DNA of 64,000 nucleotides from an uncultured delta proteobacterium (GTDB lineage: Bacteria > Myxococcota_A > Polyangia > Fen-1088): the NCBI GenBank assembly GCA_963796685.1, contig CAWCMR010000025.1:992001-1056000 (forward strand), in the 5' to 3' direction. Below the pieces are notes generated by a model. The model did not search any database. It saw nothing but the letters and a program-made list of their open reading frames with translations, and was not told the DNA's origin. A program made the translations under genes and the position numbers. The first letter of the stretch is position 1; every line of letters begins with the position of its first letter. Positions 10,330-20,135 of the stretch are shown piece by piece.

Positions 10330-10653
10330 ATGACTCGAACATTCAAGCTGATGACCCTGATGGCGCTGGGGGCTTGGCTTCTGACCAGCGCCGGCTGCGA
10401 AGACAAGGTCTGCAAGGAACAGCTGCAGACCTGCAAGAAGGACTCGGATGAGCAGCGCAAGGAATGCTCCTCCAACCTGAGCAAGCTCCAAGAGCTGAAG
10501 GGAGAGCTGGCCGAGGCCCAGGCGAAGGTCGACACCCTTACCACGGAGAACGAGGAGCTCAAGAAGAGCGCCGAGGCTTCAACGAAGGGCAAGGGCAAAA
10601 CTGCGAAGGGCAAGTCCGCGAAGGGCAAGCACAAGAAGAGGGGCAAGCGGTAG
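10330..10653 (+). CDS. Small coiled-coil lipoprotein with Lys-rich tail
   Basis: GGAGG RBS; lipobox SAGC; heptad-like middle; KGKGKTAKGKSAKGKHKKRGKR end. Confidence 0.8.
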   Translation: MTRTFKLMTLMALGAWLLTSAGCEDKVCKEQLQTCKKDSDEQRKECSSNLSKLQELKGELAEAQAKVDTLTTENEELKKSAEASTKGKGKTAKGKSAKGKHKKRGKR

Positions 10654-10710
10654 CGACCTTCCCCGCCTCCGACCGGGGCGTGCGCGTGCAGGAAGGGCAA
10701 GCGTTGGTCG

Positions 10711-10854
10711 CCGCTCGAAGATGACTTAAGCAGGCCCGCGGCCGCTTCATCCCGGCTGGCTGCGTTGCTCACCTACCGACGGGTATGCTCGCTCCTCGCT
10801 CCTTGCCATCCGGGCGCCTCGGCCGCGCTCTTTGCACAAGTTATCTTTTCGCGG
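10711..10854. mobile_element. MITE-like long hairpin between convergent genes
   Basis: Imperfect terminal inverted repeats: ccgctcgaagatgacttaagcaggcccgcggccg vs revcomp ccgcgaaaagataacttgtgcaaagagcgcggccg; no coding capacity. Confidence 0.5.
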
Positions 10855-10858
10855 CTCC

Positions 10859-11881
10859 TTAGGGACAGCAGAAGGTGTTGGTGACATCGCCAATGCTGAG
10901 GGTCGCGCATGGGGCCGCGAGCATGGTGAGCGTGCAGATATAATAGTGCGCGGGCCGGCTGCCTCCGCAGTTGGTGGCATCGCCGCCAGGTTGCGCGGTG
11001 CAACCGTTGGAATCCACGCCCGGCCCGGCATCCCCGCCTTCCTGGATGCACCCGTATCCGACCGGCGCGCACAGACTGGTCGCGGGGTTGCAGCAGTATT
11101 CGCCTGCGCCGCAGGTCGCGCTTCCACAGGCCACATTGCTGTCTGGCCCGGCATCCGCCACGGTTCCGCTGCTTGCACAGCCGATCTTGGTCGAGAAGCA
11201 CTCCCCCTGAGGACACGAGCAGGTGGCGACCGTGTGACTGTTGCCGGGCGAGCAGCCGCAGGCGCCGGTCTGGCAGGAATCAGGAAAATCGCCGACGCTC
11301 GCGCAGCAGAGCCCACTATCAACTAGCCCGCCGGTCGAGGTGCACAGCGCGGCCAGGTCCTGCGCGTCGGGGCTCACCTGGACGTCAGGACCTCTCACGT
11401 CGTCGCTCTTGCTGTCGCCCGTGCCACTCGTGCCGCCCGTACCCGGCCCCGGGACACACGAGACGGGACATCCTTGGGCATCCGTGACATAGCCATAGGG
11501 GCAATACAGGTTGGTGAGCACGCATTGGGCCCCATCGAGGGCGGCATCGCGACTGCCTTGCCCGCCCGAGCCCGCCGCACCGCCTGCCGCCGATCCGCCG
11601 GTTGAGCTCGCCTTTCCTCCTGCGCCGGAGCCGCCCGTCGCGGTTTGCATGCCGCCGACACCCGAAACACCTGCGCCCCCGCCAGAGGCTACGCTGCCGC
11701 CGGCACCCGAACCGCCCGCGCCGCCGGAACCGCCCAGGCTACCGCCCGAGCCCGCATTTCCGCCGTCGGTCAGCCTGCCGATCGAGTCGGAGTTGCTGCA
11801 CGAGGCAAAAGGCAACACGGCAAGCAGCGACGTGACAGGAACCATGCGAAGGATGGCGGTGAGGCAACTGTGGTTGTTCAT
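10859..11881 (-). CDS. Cys-rich, Gly-linker lipoprotein, hypothetical
   Basis: Start MNNHSC at 11881; lipobox FASC; several small Cys clusters; last gene of the ECF cassette. Confidence 0.75.
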   Translation of the reverse strand: MNNHSCLTAILRMVPVTSLLAVLPFASCSNSDSIGRLTDGGNAGSGGSLGGSGGAGGSGAGGSVASGGGAGVSGVGGMQTATGGSGAGGKASSTGGSAAGGAAGSGGQGSRDAALDGAQCVLTNLYCPYGYVTDAQGCPVSCVPGPGTGGTSGTGDSKSDDVRGPDVQVSPDAQDLAALCTSTGGLVDSGLCCASVGDFPDSCQTGACGCSPGNSHTVATCSCPQGECFSTKIGCASSGTVADAGPDSNVACGSATCGAGEYCCNPATSLCAPVGYGCIQEGGDAGPGVDSNGCTAQPGGDATNCGGSRPAHYYICTLTMLAAPCATLSIGDVTNTFCCP

Positions 11882-11942
11882 TGCGGATCTCCCATGAAGT
11901 GTTTCCCTCTTGCTTCCTGGTGACGGATGCGCCGCCAACCTT

Positions 11943-12818
11943 TCAGGGGCAGCTCGCCATGGCGCGAGCGGCCCGCTTGCCGAGGTCGTCGTCGCCGCCA
12001 CCGCCAAGCACGCGGGCCAAATCTGCGCGTGCCTCCTGACAACGTCCAGCGCGTGCACGCAGCTCGCCGCGGATGGTTTCGAGCTCGCGGGCACGCGGAA
12101 GCTTCGCCAAGCCGAGTGAGTCGAGCACCAGCAGCGCCTGATCGCGGCGCTCCAGCGCCAGCAAGATCTCCGCCCGCGCGACCTTCGCTTCGACGGAAAG
12201 TGCTCCCCCTGCAAAGCGACGTTCGTGCGCGCTGAGCATATCCAAGGCGGCCTCGGCCTTGCCGTCGCGTCGCCAACAAGCCAAGGCCTCGGCCAGGGAT
12301 CGCGCCTCGATCGACAACGCACCTTCGGCTTGCGGAAGCTCGCCGGGGGAATGCAGCGAGGCCGGCGAGTTGTCGGCACGGGCTATCCGCCTGAGCGCAG
12401 CTTGCGGACGGGGGGCGGGATCTTTGCCGGGTACCTGGGGCGCGGAATACTCGGCGTTGCCGCGCGGAACAGCGGGCGGCTCGACGCGAATCTCCGCGTG
12501 CGCCTTGGGCTTCGCTTGCCGCGAAGGCGCGGGGGCGCGTTCCATGAAGGGCAGGCGAGGACGCCAACCGCCAACCACGGCCAACCCGCTGCCAGCGACG
12601 AGCGTGACCGCGAGCGCCGCGAAGACGGGCAAGAGGCGAATCCGTCGCCGGGCGCGTGCCCCTCCGAGCAGCGCCCCTTCGATGCTGGCGATGTCGGTTT
12701 CACGCAGCCCGGTTGTCGGGCGCGCTTGGTGCAAGAAGGCGCCTGCCCGCGCCTGCAACGATGATGGGGGTTCGCCCCCCTCGCCGAGTCGATCCAGTTT
12801 CATTTCATCAGCCTGCAT
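11943..12818 (-). CDS. Putative anti-sigma factor (single TM, Pro-rich linker, C-terminal TPR-like)
   Basis: Overlaps the ECF stop; TM LLPVFAALAVTLVAG; EARSLAEAL...FAGGALSVEA helical TPR-like pattern typical of myxobacterial ECF partners. Confidence 0.65.
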   Translation of the reverse strand: MQADEMKLDRLGEGGEPPSSLQARAGAFLHQARPTTGLRETDIASIEGALLGGARARRRIRLLPVFAALAVTLVAGSGLAVVGGWRPRLPFMERAPAPSRQAKPKAHAEIRVEPPAVPRGNAEYSAPQVPGKDPAPRPQAALRRIARADNSPASLHSPGELPQAEGALSIEARSLAEALACWRRDGKAEAALDMLSAHERRFAGGALSVEAKVARAEILLALERRDQALLVLDSLGLAKLPRARELETIRGELRARAGRCQEARADLARVLGGGGDDDLGKRAARAMASCP

Positions 12819-13392
12819 GGCCGCACCTCCCGTCGCCGGCTCGGCGTGGCGCCTCCGCGTCGCCGAGCATGGGTTCGATGTCTTGGAACGCCTTGAGGAA
12901 TCGCCCGCGCGCCCGATGCATGCGCACCCACACGTTCGCCACCTTGATGCCGAGCAAACGCGCGATCGTCTCGCCCGGTAGCTCCTCCAGCTCGAACAGA
13001 ATCAGAATTTCCCGATCGCGCTCCGATAGCCGATCGAGCACGCGGTAGATGAGCGCGACACGCTCCTTCTGTTCGAGGCATTCATGTGGCCCAGGTCCCG
13101 GCGCCGGCACGTGTCTTGCCGCATCGCTGGCCGAGCCCGAAAGCCAATGGCGCAGACGATCCTTGCGCCGCCGGTGGCGTACGACCTTCTCCGTGATACC
13201 GAACAGCCAGGTCGCCAGGGTGGAATCGCCGCGGAACGCGGGCAGCTGTCGCTGCACGATTTCGAACACTTCGTGAACCATGTCGGGAAGGTCGAACCCC
13301 GGCCCCGCCAAGCGCTCGGCCCAGCGGGCGACGTCGCGGACGTGGGTCCGATAGATGTCGGCCAGGGTGGGGATATGCGCGGACACGGGCAT
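12808..13392 (-). CDS. ECF RNA polymerase sigma factor
   Basis: Region 2 DMVHEVF...FRGDSTLATWLFGI; region 4 LSERDREILILFELEEL..IARLLG..VWVRMHRAR. Confidence 0.9.
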   Translation of the reverse strand: MPVSAHIPTLADIYRTHVRDVARWAERLAGPGFDLPDMVHEVFEIVQRQLPAFRGDSTLATWLFGITEKVVRHRRRKDRLRHWLSGSASDAARHVPAPGPGPHECLEQKERVALIYRVLDRLSERDREILILFELEELPGETIARLLGIKVANVWVRMHRARGRFLKAFQDIEPMLGDAEAPRRAGDGRCGHAG

Positions 13393-13444
13393 GCCTATCA
13401 GCTCTGGTGACGGATCAGCGCCCAACCTTTCACGACCATGCTCT

Positions 13445-14324
13445 TCAGGGGCCCAAGGACCACAGCAGACCCGCACCCACCTGGACGTCCCAGCGGGGCA
13501 GCTCGGCCATGGGCGCGGCGCCCTCGATGGTCAACGTCTCCTTGGTCGACCAGTAGGTTCCGCCGAGGGCAACGAGCGGCGAGAGGTGTCTCCCGGTGAA
13601 GAGCAAGCGCAGGTTTGCGGCGATGCCGGTTGCGGTGCGGGTCTTGACGTAGGCGACCGGCAGCTCCTTGCCGCGCAGGACGAGCAGGCCCGCCAGACCG
13701 GCGACTCCGAGCTTCTCCGCGGATCCGGCCGTGCCCGACCACCAGCGCCGCCCCCAACTCCAATGCCGGGCGCGTGTAGCCGGCGCGCCACGAACCGACG
13801 TCCTTGTCGCGTTCGGCGGTCGCGGTCAGACCAACCACCCCGCGCAAGGGACCGCTCAGGGCCAATCTGGTCTCGATGGTCGCGCCCGGGCTGAAATCGT
13901 TGCCGTCGTAGACGCCGGCCAGGACCAATCCGATCTCCGTGCGCGACGGACCGGGTTTCTGCGCCTGTAGGGTCGGTTCGGGCTCGACCCTCGCCGGTGG
14001 GGACGGCAAGGCGGGCCTGGGAGCTTCCGGCCAGATCCCCATCCACGTCGCCACCAGCACCGCCGCCACGGTCGCGCGTTCGTGGCAGCTTGCAGGCGCC
14101 TCGACCTCCCGGCTGCCGACGGTGGCTCCATCGGGGCCGCGCAAGATCACACGCATGGTGTCGCCTTCGATGCTGATCTCCGGACGCTCGCTTCGCGTGG
14201 CTCCGAGTCGAGCAAGCTCGGCATCGACGTCGCGTTCCTCCGGACAGCGCGGTCCGCTGGCAGGCACCGGACGCCCCGCCACCTCGGCAGCCATCACCAG
14301 AGCAAGAGCCATCCCGGCCAGCAT
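13445..14324 (-). CDS. Secreted/outer-membrane hypothetical protein upstream of the ECF; apparent frameshift near 13714
   Basis: Frame reads ...VGHGRIRG then GGA GAA G CTC GGA; the shifted frame continues LGVAGLAGLLVLRG...WDVQVGAGLLWSLGP* with a beta-strand pattern. Confidence 0.6.
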
Positions 14325-14451
14325 GCTGGCGACGATACAGGGGCAAGGTGGCTTGGGCAATGACTGCAACCCGTGGCTGCTTCGACTGCTTCATGGATGC
14401 GCTTGACACGCCAGGCGTCCGGCGCGACAGTAGCCCCGGAGGGCGTACGTC

Positions 14452-17400
14452 ATGCGTTTGCCAAAGACAAGCTTGTTCGGCCTCGTAGTGTCCATCGCTC
14501 TTGCTTGCTCCCCCACGAGCACGGAAAATCAAAGACGCATCGGTGCCGATGAGTGCCCGTGCACGTCGAGCAGCGGGTGCGACCCGGGGTTGAGCTGCAC
14601 CGCCGGTGTATGCAACAACGAAGACGGCGGCTCGACGTATGGACCCCAGGCTCGCCTCAAATCGACGGCGGCGAATCCACAATGGGTACAGACCAACTGG
14701 TTGGCGAACAATAGCTTCTTCAATCTCTTCAGCAGCCAAGACCGGGCCTTTGCCCGGACTTGGGACGCTCTCAATGGCGGTCGTGTGTTTCTTACCGCCG
14801 ATGACGGAACGACTTGGACCCAGATCAGCTCCGCCGACAGCGACATCGACATCCTGTCCATGGTTATGTCGAACGGCAACATACTCGCCGGCACCTGGAA
14901 CGGTTTCTATCTATCCACCTCGGGGGGCGCGACCTGGAGTGCCGTATCCCCCACGGGAATCCCTGTCGATGCCGCTATCCGGTCAATCGCCGCGATGGAT
15001 ACCACCCTCTTTGCCGCGACAGCGGGACATATTTACAGATCCTCCAACAGCGGCAGTACCTGGGTCGAAGCGAGCTCGGGCATACCTGCGAACGCCACGG
15101 TGACCTCGATGGTCGCAAATGGAAACGTCATTCTTGCAGGGAGCGACAGCGCCGGTGTCTTCGTGACGACGAACAGCGGAACAAGCTGGACCGCGGTCAA
15201 TTCCGGGCTTACCGACATGCACGTGTCCCAGCTCGCGGCCGTGGGTACCAGGTTGTTTGCAGCCACCTTGAACGGTGTCTTCGTATCCGGCAACAATGGC
15301 ACGAGCTGGGCAGCGGACAGCTCCGGCATCAGAAACGTCAATTGCTTTCTCGTCGCAAGCCCCCAACTGTTTGCTGGAACCGATGACAGCGGGGTCTACC
15401 TCTCCCTCGACAGCGGCGCGACCTGGACATCGTTCAACTCCGGGCTGCCCGATGGCACCCGCGTTTGGTCCCTGGCGGCAAACAGCGACAGCATCTTTGC
15501 CGGGACGGATTCCGGCGTCTGGCGCACACCTTCGACGACCACGCCGAATGCCGCGCCAACCGTGGCGACAGCCGCGGCCGCGAGCTCCAATCCGGTGGCC
15601 GGCAAGACCACGAACCTGAGCGTGCTTGGAGACGATGATGGGGGCGAGGCAAACCTGACCTACACGTGGGCCGCGACCGGGACGCCGCCGGCCTCGGTCA
15701 TTTTCAGCGCAAACGGCACCAACGCGGCCAAGAACACCACCGCGACCTTCGGCGCGGCCGGCAGCTACTCGCTCCAGGTGACCGTGCGCGACCAGCCGGG
15801 GCTCACCATCACCAGCACCGTCGCGGTTACGGTCAATCAGACCCTGACCGGCATCTCCGTGGCGCCCGCCAGCTCGACCCTTCTGCCCCTGGCGACTCAG
15901 CAGTTCGTCGCGACGGCATGGGATCAGTTCGCCGCTGCCCTGGCCCCCCTGCCGACCTTGGCCTGGAGCGTGACTGGCGGCGGAACCATCGACGCCAACG
16001 GTCTGTTCACGGCGGAGACCGCCGTGGGTGGGCCCTACACGGTCGTCGCCCAAAGTGGCGCGGTCAGCGGCACAGCAACGGTTTCCGTGGCGATCCCCAA
16101 TCTTGGGCCAACCATCGACTCCCCGGCCGCGGCCGGCCCCAATCCCGTCGCGGGAAATACCACCTCGCTGTCGGTGCTGGGCAATGACGATGCTGGCGAG
16201 GCGGGCTTGATTTACACCTGGTCCACCATCGGCGCGCCTCCGGCTGCGGTCTCCTTCAGCGCCAACGGCAGCAATTTCGCCAAGAACACGACCGCCACCT
16301 TCACCAAGGCCGGGAGCTACACCTTCCGGGTCACCGTGGCGGACCAGCCAGGGTTGACCACGACCAGCTCGGTCACCGTGACGGTCAATCCGACATTGAC
16401 GGGCATCGTGGTCTCGCCAACCAGCGCCGCGCTCGGCGCCTCCGCCAGCCAGCAGTTCAGCGCCACGGCCCGGGACCAGTTCGGCACCAACCTGGCCACG
16501 CAACCCGCCTTCGCCTGGACGGTGAGCGGCGGCGGAACCATGGCCGCCAGCGGTTTGTTCACCGCGGCTGCGGTTGCGGGCGGCCCCTACACGGTGACCG
16601 CCACCAGCGGTGGGATCAGCGGCACCGCCAGCGTGACCGTGTCCTCGACTCCGAGCACGGTCTACCGAATCAACTGCGGCAGCAGCAGCGCGGCCTCGCC
16701 CTTCACGGCCGACCAATACGCGAGTGGCGGCACCCAGCACACCGTCACCAACACCATCACCACCAGCGGCGTCACGAATCCGGCGCCCATGGCCGTGTAC
16801 CAGAGCGAGCGCTACGGCAGCAGCACCTACACCCTGCCCAACCTGACCCCCGGCAGCCAGTACACCGTTCGCCTACACTTCGCCGAGCTGTATCAGACCG
16901 CCAGCGGCAAGCGCGTGTTCGACGTCGTGCTCAACGGCACCACGGTATTGCCGAAGTTCGACATCTACGCAGCGGCCGGCGGCAACTACAAGGCAGTCGT
17001 ACGCGAGCTCACCGCGACTGCGAGCGCGTCGGGCCAGATCGTCATCAAATTCAATACCGTCACCGACAATGCCAGCATCGAAGGCATCGAGATCGTCACC
17101 TTGACGCCCAACAGTCCGCCCGGCATCGTGGCAGCAGCAGCCGCCGCGCCCAGTCCCGTGTCGGGCAGCACGACCTCGATGTCCGCGCTCGGTGCGGACG
17201 ACGGCGGCGAGGCGAGCCTGACCTACACCTGGAATACCCTCGGCACACCGCCTGCCGCGGTCGCCTTCGGCGCGAACGGCACCAACGCCGCCAAGAACAC
17301 CACCGCGACCTTCAGCAAGGCCGGCAGCTACTCGCTGCAGGTGACCGTGAAGGACCAGCCTGGCCTCACCGCTACCAGCACCGTCGTGGTCACGGTCAAT

Positions 17401-18660
17401 CAGACCCTGACCAGCATCGTGGTGACGCCCGCCAGCGCGACCCTTGCGCCGCTCGGGACCCAGCAGCTCGTCGCGACGGCACAGGACCAATTCGCCGCTG
17501 CCCTCGCGGTCCAGCCAACCTTTGCCTGGAGCGTGACCGGCGGTGGAGCCATCGATACCAACGGCCTGTTCACGGCCACCGCTTCCGCTGGTGGTCCCTA
17601 CCTGGTCACCGCATCCGCGGGCGCCGTCAGTGGCACGGCGACCGTCTCCGTGGTGGTCCCCAACGCCGCGCCAACCATTGCCCGTGCGGCCGCCGCAGGC
17701 CCCAATCCTGTCGTCGGCACCACGACCGCTCTATCCGCGCTCGGCGCCGATGACGGTCCCGAAGCGAGCTTGACCTACACCTGGGCCACCATCGCCACGC
17801 CACCGGCCTCGGTCGCTTTCAGCGCCAACGGCACCAACGCAGCCAAGAGCACGACGGCCACCTTTACCAAGGCGGGAAGCTACACGTTCCAGGTGACGGT
17901 CAAGGATCAGGGCAACTTGACGGCCACCAGCTCGGTCGTGGTGACGGTCAATCCAACCCCGACGAGCATCGTCGTTTCTCCGAGCAGCGCCACGGCCAAC
18001 ACCTCGGCAACGCAGCAGTTCGGCGCCGTCGCCAGAGATCAGTTCGCGGCGAGCCTGGCCGCCCAGCCGATCTTCACCTGGAGCGTGAGCGGCGGGGGCA
18101 CGATTTCGTCGAACGGTCTGTTCACGGCAAGCTCGAGCCCGGGCGGGCCCTACACGGTAACCGCACAGAGCGGCGGCCTGAGCGGCACCGCGAGCGTCAC
18201 GGTGGCCCAGGCCATGGTCTATCAGATCGACTGTGGCGGCAGTGCGGCCACCCCGTATGCTGCGGACAAGTACTACAGCGGCGGAACAGCGCGAACGGTC
18301 ACAAGCAGCATCGGCACGACCGGCGTGACGAATCCCGCTCCGCAGGCGGTGTACCAGGCCGAACGATACGGCGCGGTCACCTATACCTTCCCGAGCCTGA
18401 CCGCCGGCGCCTCGTACACCGTACGCCTGCACTTCGCCGAGCTGTACTGGACCGCAACGGGCAAGCGCAAATTCAATGTCGCGATCAACGGAACGACGGT
18501 CCTGTCGAACTACGATATCTATTCGGTGACCCGCGCGAGGTATGCGGCGGTGGTGAGGGAGTTCACCGCAACCGCGAACACCTCCGGACAGATCGTGATC
18601 AAGTCGACCAACGTCACCGACAATGCCACCATCGAGGGCATTCAGATCCTCGGGCAATGA
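14452..18660 (+). CDS. Giant lipoprotein: BNR/YCF48-like beta-propeller + PKD/Ig repeats + two malectin domains
   Basis: Lipobox ALAC; S(T)xxG.TW BNR repeats; repeated GDDDGGEANLTYTW...F.KAGSY.FQVTV Ig units; malectin YQSERYG...VRLHFAE...RVF.V.ING twice. Confidence 0.88.
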   Translation: MRLPKTSLFGLVVSIALACSPTSTENQRRIGADECPCTSSSGCDPGLSCTAGVCNNEDGGSTYGPQARLKSTAANPQWVQTNWLANNSFFNLFSSQDRAFARTWDALNGGRVFLTADDGTTWTQISSADSDIDILSMVMSNGNILAGTWNGFYLSTSGGATWSAVSPTGIPVDAAIRSIAAMDTTLFAATAGHIYRSSNSGSTWVEASSGIPANATVTSMVANGNVILAGSDSAGVFVTTNSGTSWTAVNSGLTDMHVSQLAAVGTRLFAATLNGVFVSGNNGTSWAADSSGIRNVNCFLVASPQLFAGTDDSGVYLSLDSGATWTSFNSGLPDGTRVWSLAANSDSIFAGTDSGVWRTPSTTTPNAAPTVATAAAASSNPVAGKTTNLSVLGDDDGGEANLTYTWAATGTPPASVIFSANGTNAAKNTTATFGAAGSYSLQVTVRDQPGLTITSTVAVTVNQTLTGISVAPASSTLLPLATQQFVATAWDQFAAALAPLPTLAWSVTGGGTIDANGLFTAETAVGGPYTVVAQSGAVSGTATVSVAIPNLGPTIDSPAAAGPNPVAGNTTSLSVLGNDDAGEAGLIYTWSTIGAPPAAVSFSANGSNFAKNTTATFTKAGSYTFRVTVADQPGLTTTSSVTVTVNPTLTGIVVSPTSAALGASASQQFSATARDQFGTNLATQPAFAWTVSGGGTMAASGLFTAAAVAGGPYTVTATSGGISGTASVTVSSTPSTVYRINCGSSSAASPFTADQYASGGTQHTVTNTITTSGVTNPAPMAVYQSERYGSSTYTLPNLTPGSQYTVRLHFAELYQTASGKRVFDVVLNGTTVLPKFDIYAAAGGNYKAVVRELTATASASGQIVIKFNTVTDNASIEGIEIVTLTPNSPPGIVAAAAAAPSPVSGSTTSMSALGADDGGEASLTYTWNTLGTPPAAVAFGANGTNAAKNTTATFSKAGSYSLQVTVKDQPGLTATSTVVVTVNQTLTSIVVTPASATLAPLGTQQLVATAQDQFAAALAVQPTFAWSVTGGGAIDTNGLFTATASAGGPYLVTASAGAVSGTATVSVVVPNAAPTIARAAAAGPNPVVGTTTALSALGADDGPEASLTYTWATIATPPASVAFSANGTNAAKSTTATFTKAGSYTFQVTVKDQGNLTATSSVVVTVNPTPTSIVVSPSSATANTSATQQFGAVARDQFAASLAAQPIFTWSVSGGGTISSNGLFTASSSPGGPYTVTAQSGGLSGTASVTVAQAMVYQIDCGGSAATPYAADKYYSGGTARTVTSSIGTTGVTNPAPQAVYQAERYGAVTYTFPSLTAGASYTVRLHFAELYWTATGKRKFNVAINGTTVLSNYDIYSVTRARYAAVVREFTATANTSGQIVIKSTNVTDNATIEGIQILGQ

Positions 18661-18705
18661 GCATGGTAGCGAGATTCGATAGCCCGCCAACAAAGGATAC
18701 CATTC

Positions 18706-20067
18706 ATGCGTAACTCGAACGGAAGAGAGATGGGCCCTTCATCCATGGGCAGACGCGAGTTTCTGCGTGCCCTTGGCGCAACGACAGTCGGGGCGGCAAC
18801 GCTCACCGGCACGATGGGTCCCTTCGGTTTCGCCAGGGCCGCGATATCCCCGGGCGAAAAGGGCATCTACATCACCGATCTGTGCACGGCGACCATCACC
18901 GGATTGAACAGCAATTGCACGATTATCCGGCTCGATACGAACAAGGGAATTTCGGGATACGGCGAATGCCGCTGCGAGGACACCAACTCTCTCAGCGAGC
19001 TGAGGGCCCTCAAGCCGACCATCCTGGGAATGAACCCGACTCAGGTTGACAAGGTCTTCAACGCAATCAAGACCTACGGCGACCCCTTCAGTCACCGGAC
19101 GGATACGCCTCGACATACCGGCGCCATGAGCGCCATCGAGTGCGCTTGCTGGGACATCACCGGAAAGGTCTACAATGTCCCGGTGTGGAAGCTCATCGGT
19201 CCCAAGCTCAGAGACAGCGTTCGGATGTATTGCGATACTCCGCAACAAAGCAGCGTGTCCGGTTTGCAATCCCTCATCCGCTCCCGTTTGAATGAGGGGT
19301 TCACCTGGTTCAAGATCGATCTTCAACGGACGTACCTGACAAGCGGCACCGATTACGTCGTGCAAAACCTGGCCGGTTACCCCTACCAGTGCATCACCAT
19401 CAACCAGTCGGGCTATAACAAGTGGGCCCAATACGTGGCCGCGTGCCGAAGCATGATCGGAACCGCTCCTCTTTCGACCGACCATTACCAAAACTGGGCC
19501 AGTGCCGCGAACCTCGATGTCCCCTCGGCCATCAAGCTCGCCAATCTCATGTCGGGCTCGAGCTATCAGGGCACCTACGGAGGTTGGATGGAGGATATCA
19601 TCGCCTGGTACTATCCCGACCAGCTCAAGCAGGTCAATGACGGCACCGACATGCCGATCCTGACCGGCGAAGACATGTATTGCATGGATGAGCTGCAGCC
19701 ACTGGTCAACGCGGGGGCGATCAACTATTTCCACCCGGACCAGTCCACGTTCGGAGGGATCCACCAGACCAGGCTTGCCGCCGAGTGGGCCCACACCAAG
19801 GGCGTTCGCACGGCGCTGCACATGTCGGGGTCACCGTTCACGTTCGTGTGCAGCCTTCACATCGCGGCCGGCATCCCGGATTTCCTCGCCATGGAGCACC
19901 ACTACAGCGATCTGTCCTGGTACGATTCCTTGATCGACGGCATTCCCAAGCCGCTGCTTCAGAACGGGTACGCGGCTTTGCCGGAGGGACCCGGGCTGGG
20001 CATAACCCCGAACGAGACCGCAATCAGGGCGCATCTCACCGGCAGCTACTTTGCCTCCCTGACTTGA
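18706..20067 (+). CDS. Mandelate racemase/muconate lactonizing enzyme family (enolase superfamily) with Tat signal
   Basis: GRREFL Tat motif; GYGE, SAIECACWDITGK..VPVWKLIG..RDSV; KxD; ligands TDH, MED, TGED; H of ALHM; MEH; PEGPGLG. Confidence 0.88.
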   Translation: MRNSNGREMGPSSMGRREFLRALGATTVGAATLTGTMGPFGFARAAISPGEKGIYITDLCTATITGLNSNCTIIRLDTNKGISGYGECRCEDTNSLSELRALKPTILGMNPTQVDKVFNAIKTYGDPFSHRTDTPRHTGAMSAIECACWDITGKVYNVPVWKLIGPKLRDSVRMYCDTPQQSSVSGLQSLIRSRLNEGFTWFKIDLQRTYLTSGTDYVVQNLAGYPYQCITINQSGYNKWAQYVAACRSMIGTAPLSTDHYQNWASAANLDVPSAIKLANLMSGSSYQGTYGGWMEDIIAWYYPDQLKQVNDGTDMPILTGEDMYCMDELQPLVNAGAINYFHPDQSTFGGIHQTRLAAEWAHTKGVRTALHMSGSPFTFVCSLHIAAGIPDFLAMEHHYSDLSWYDSLIDGIPKPLLQNGYAALPEGPGLGITPNETAIRAHLTGSYFASLT

Positions 20068-20135
20068 TTTGCGTATTCCTCCGTAACGACGCCACGCCCG
20101 CCGTCATGGCTGGTTTGAGGTAACCTCGGAGGACC

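Noticed and set aside
11882-12379. Upstream 166 codons of ORF 10859-12379
   Set aside because: Overlaps the anti-sigma gene out of frame; the lipoprotein signal starts at 11881.
13700-13725. Programmed ribosomal frameshifting at the four broken genes
   Set aside because: No slippery heptamer, long homopolymer or shared context at the inferred sites; assembly error is simpler.
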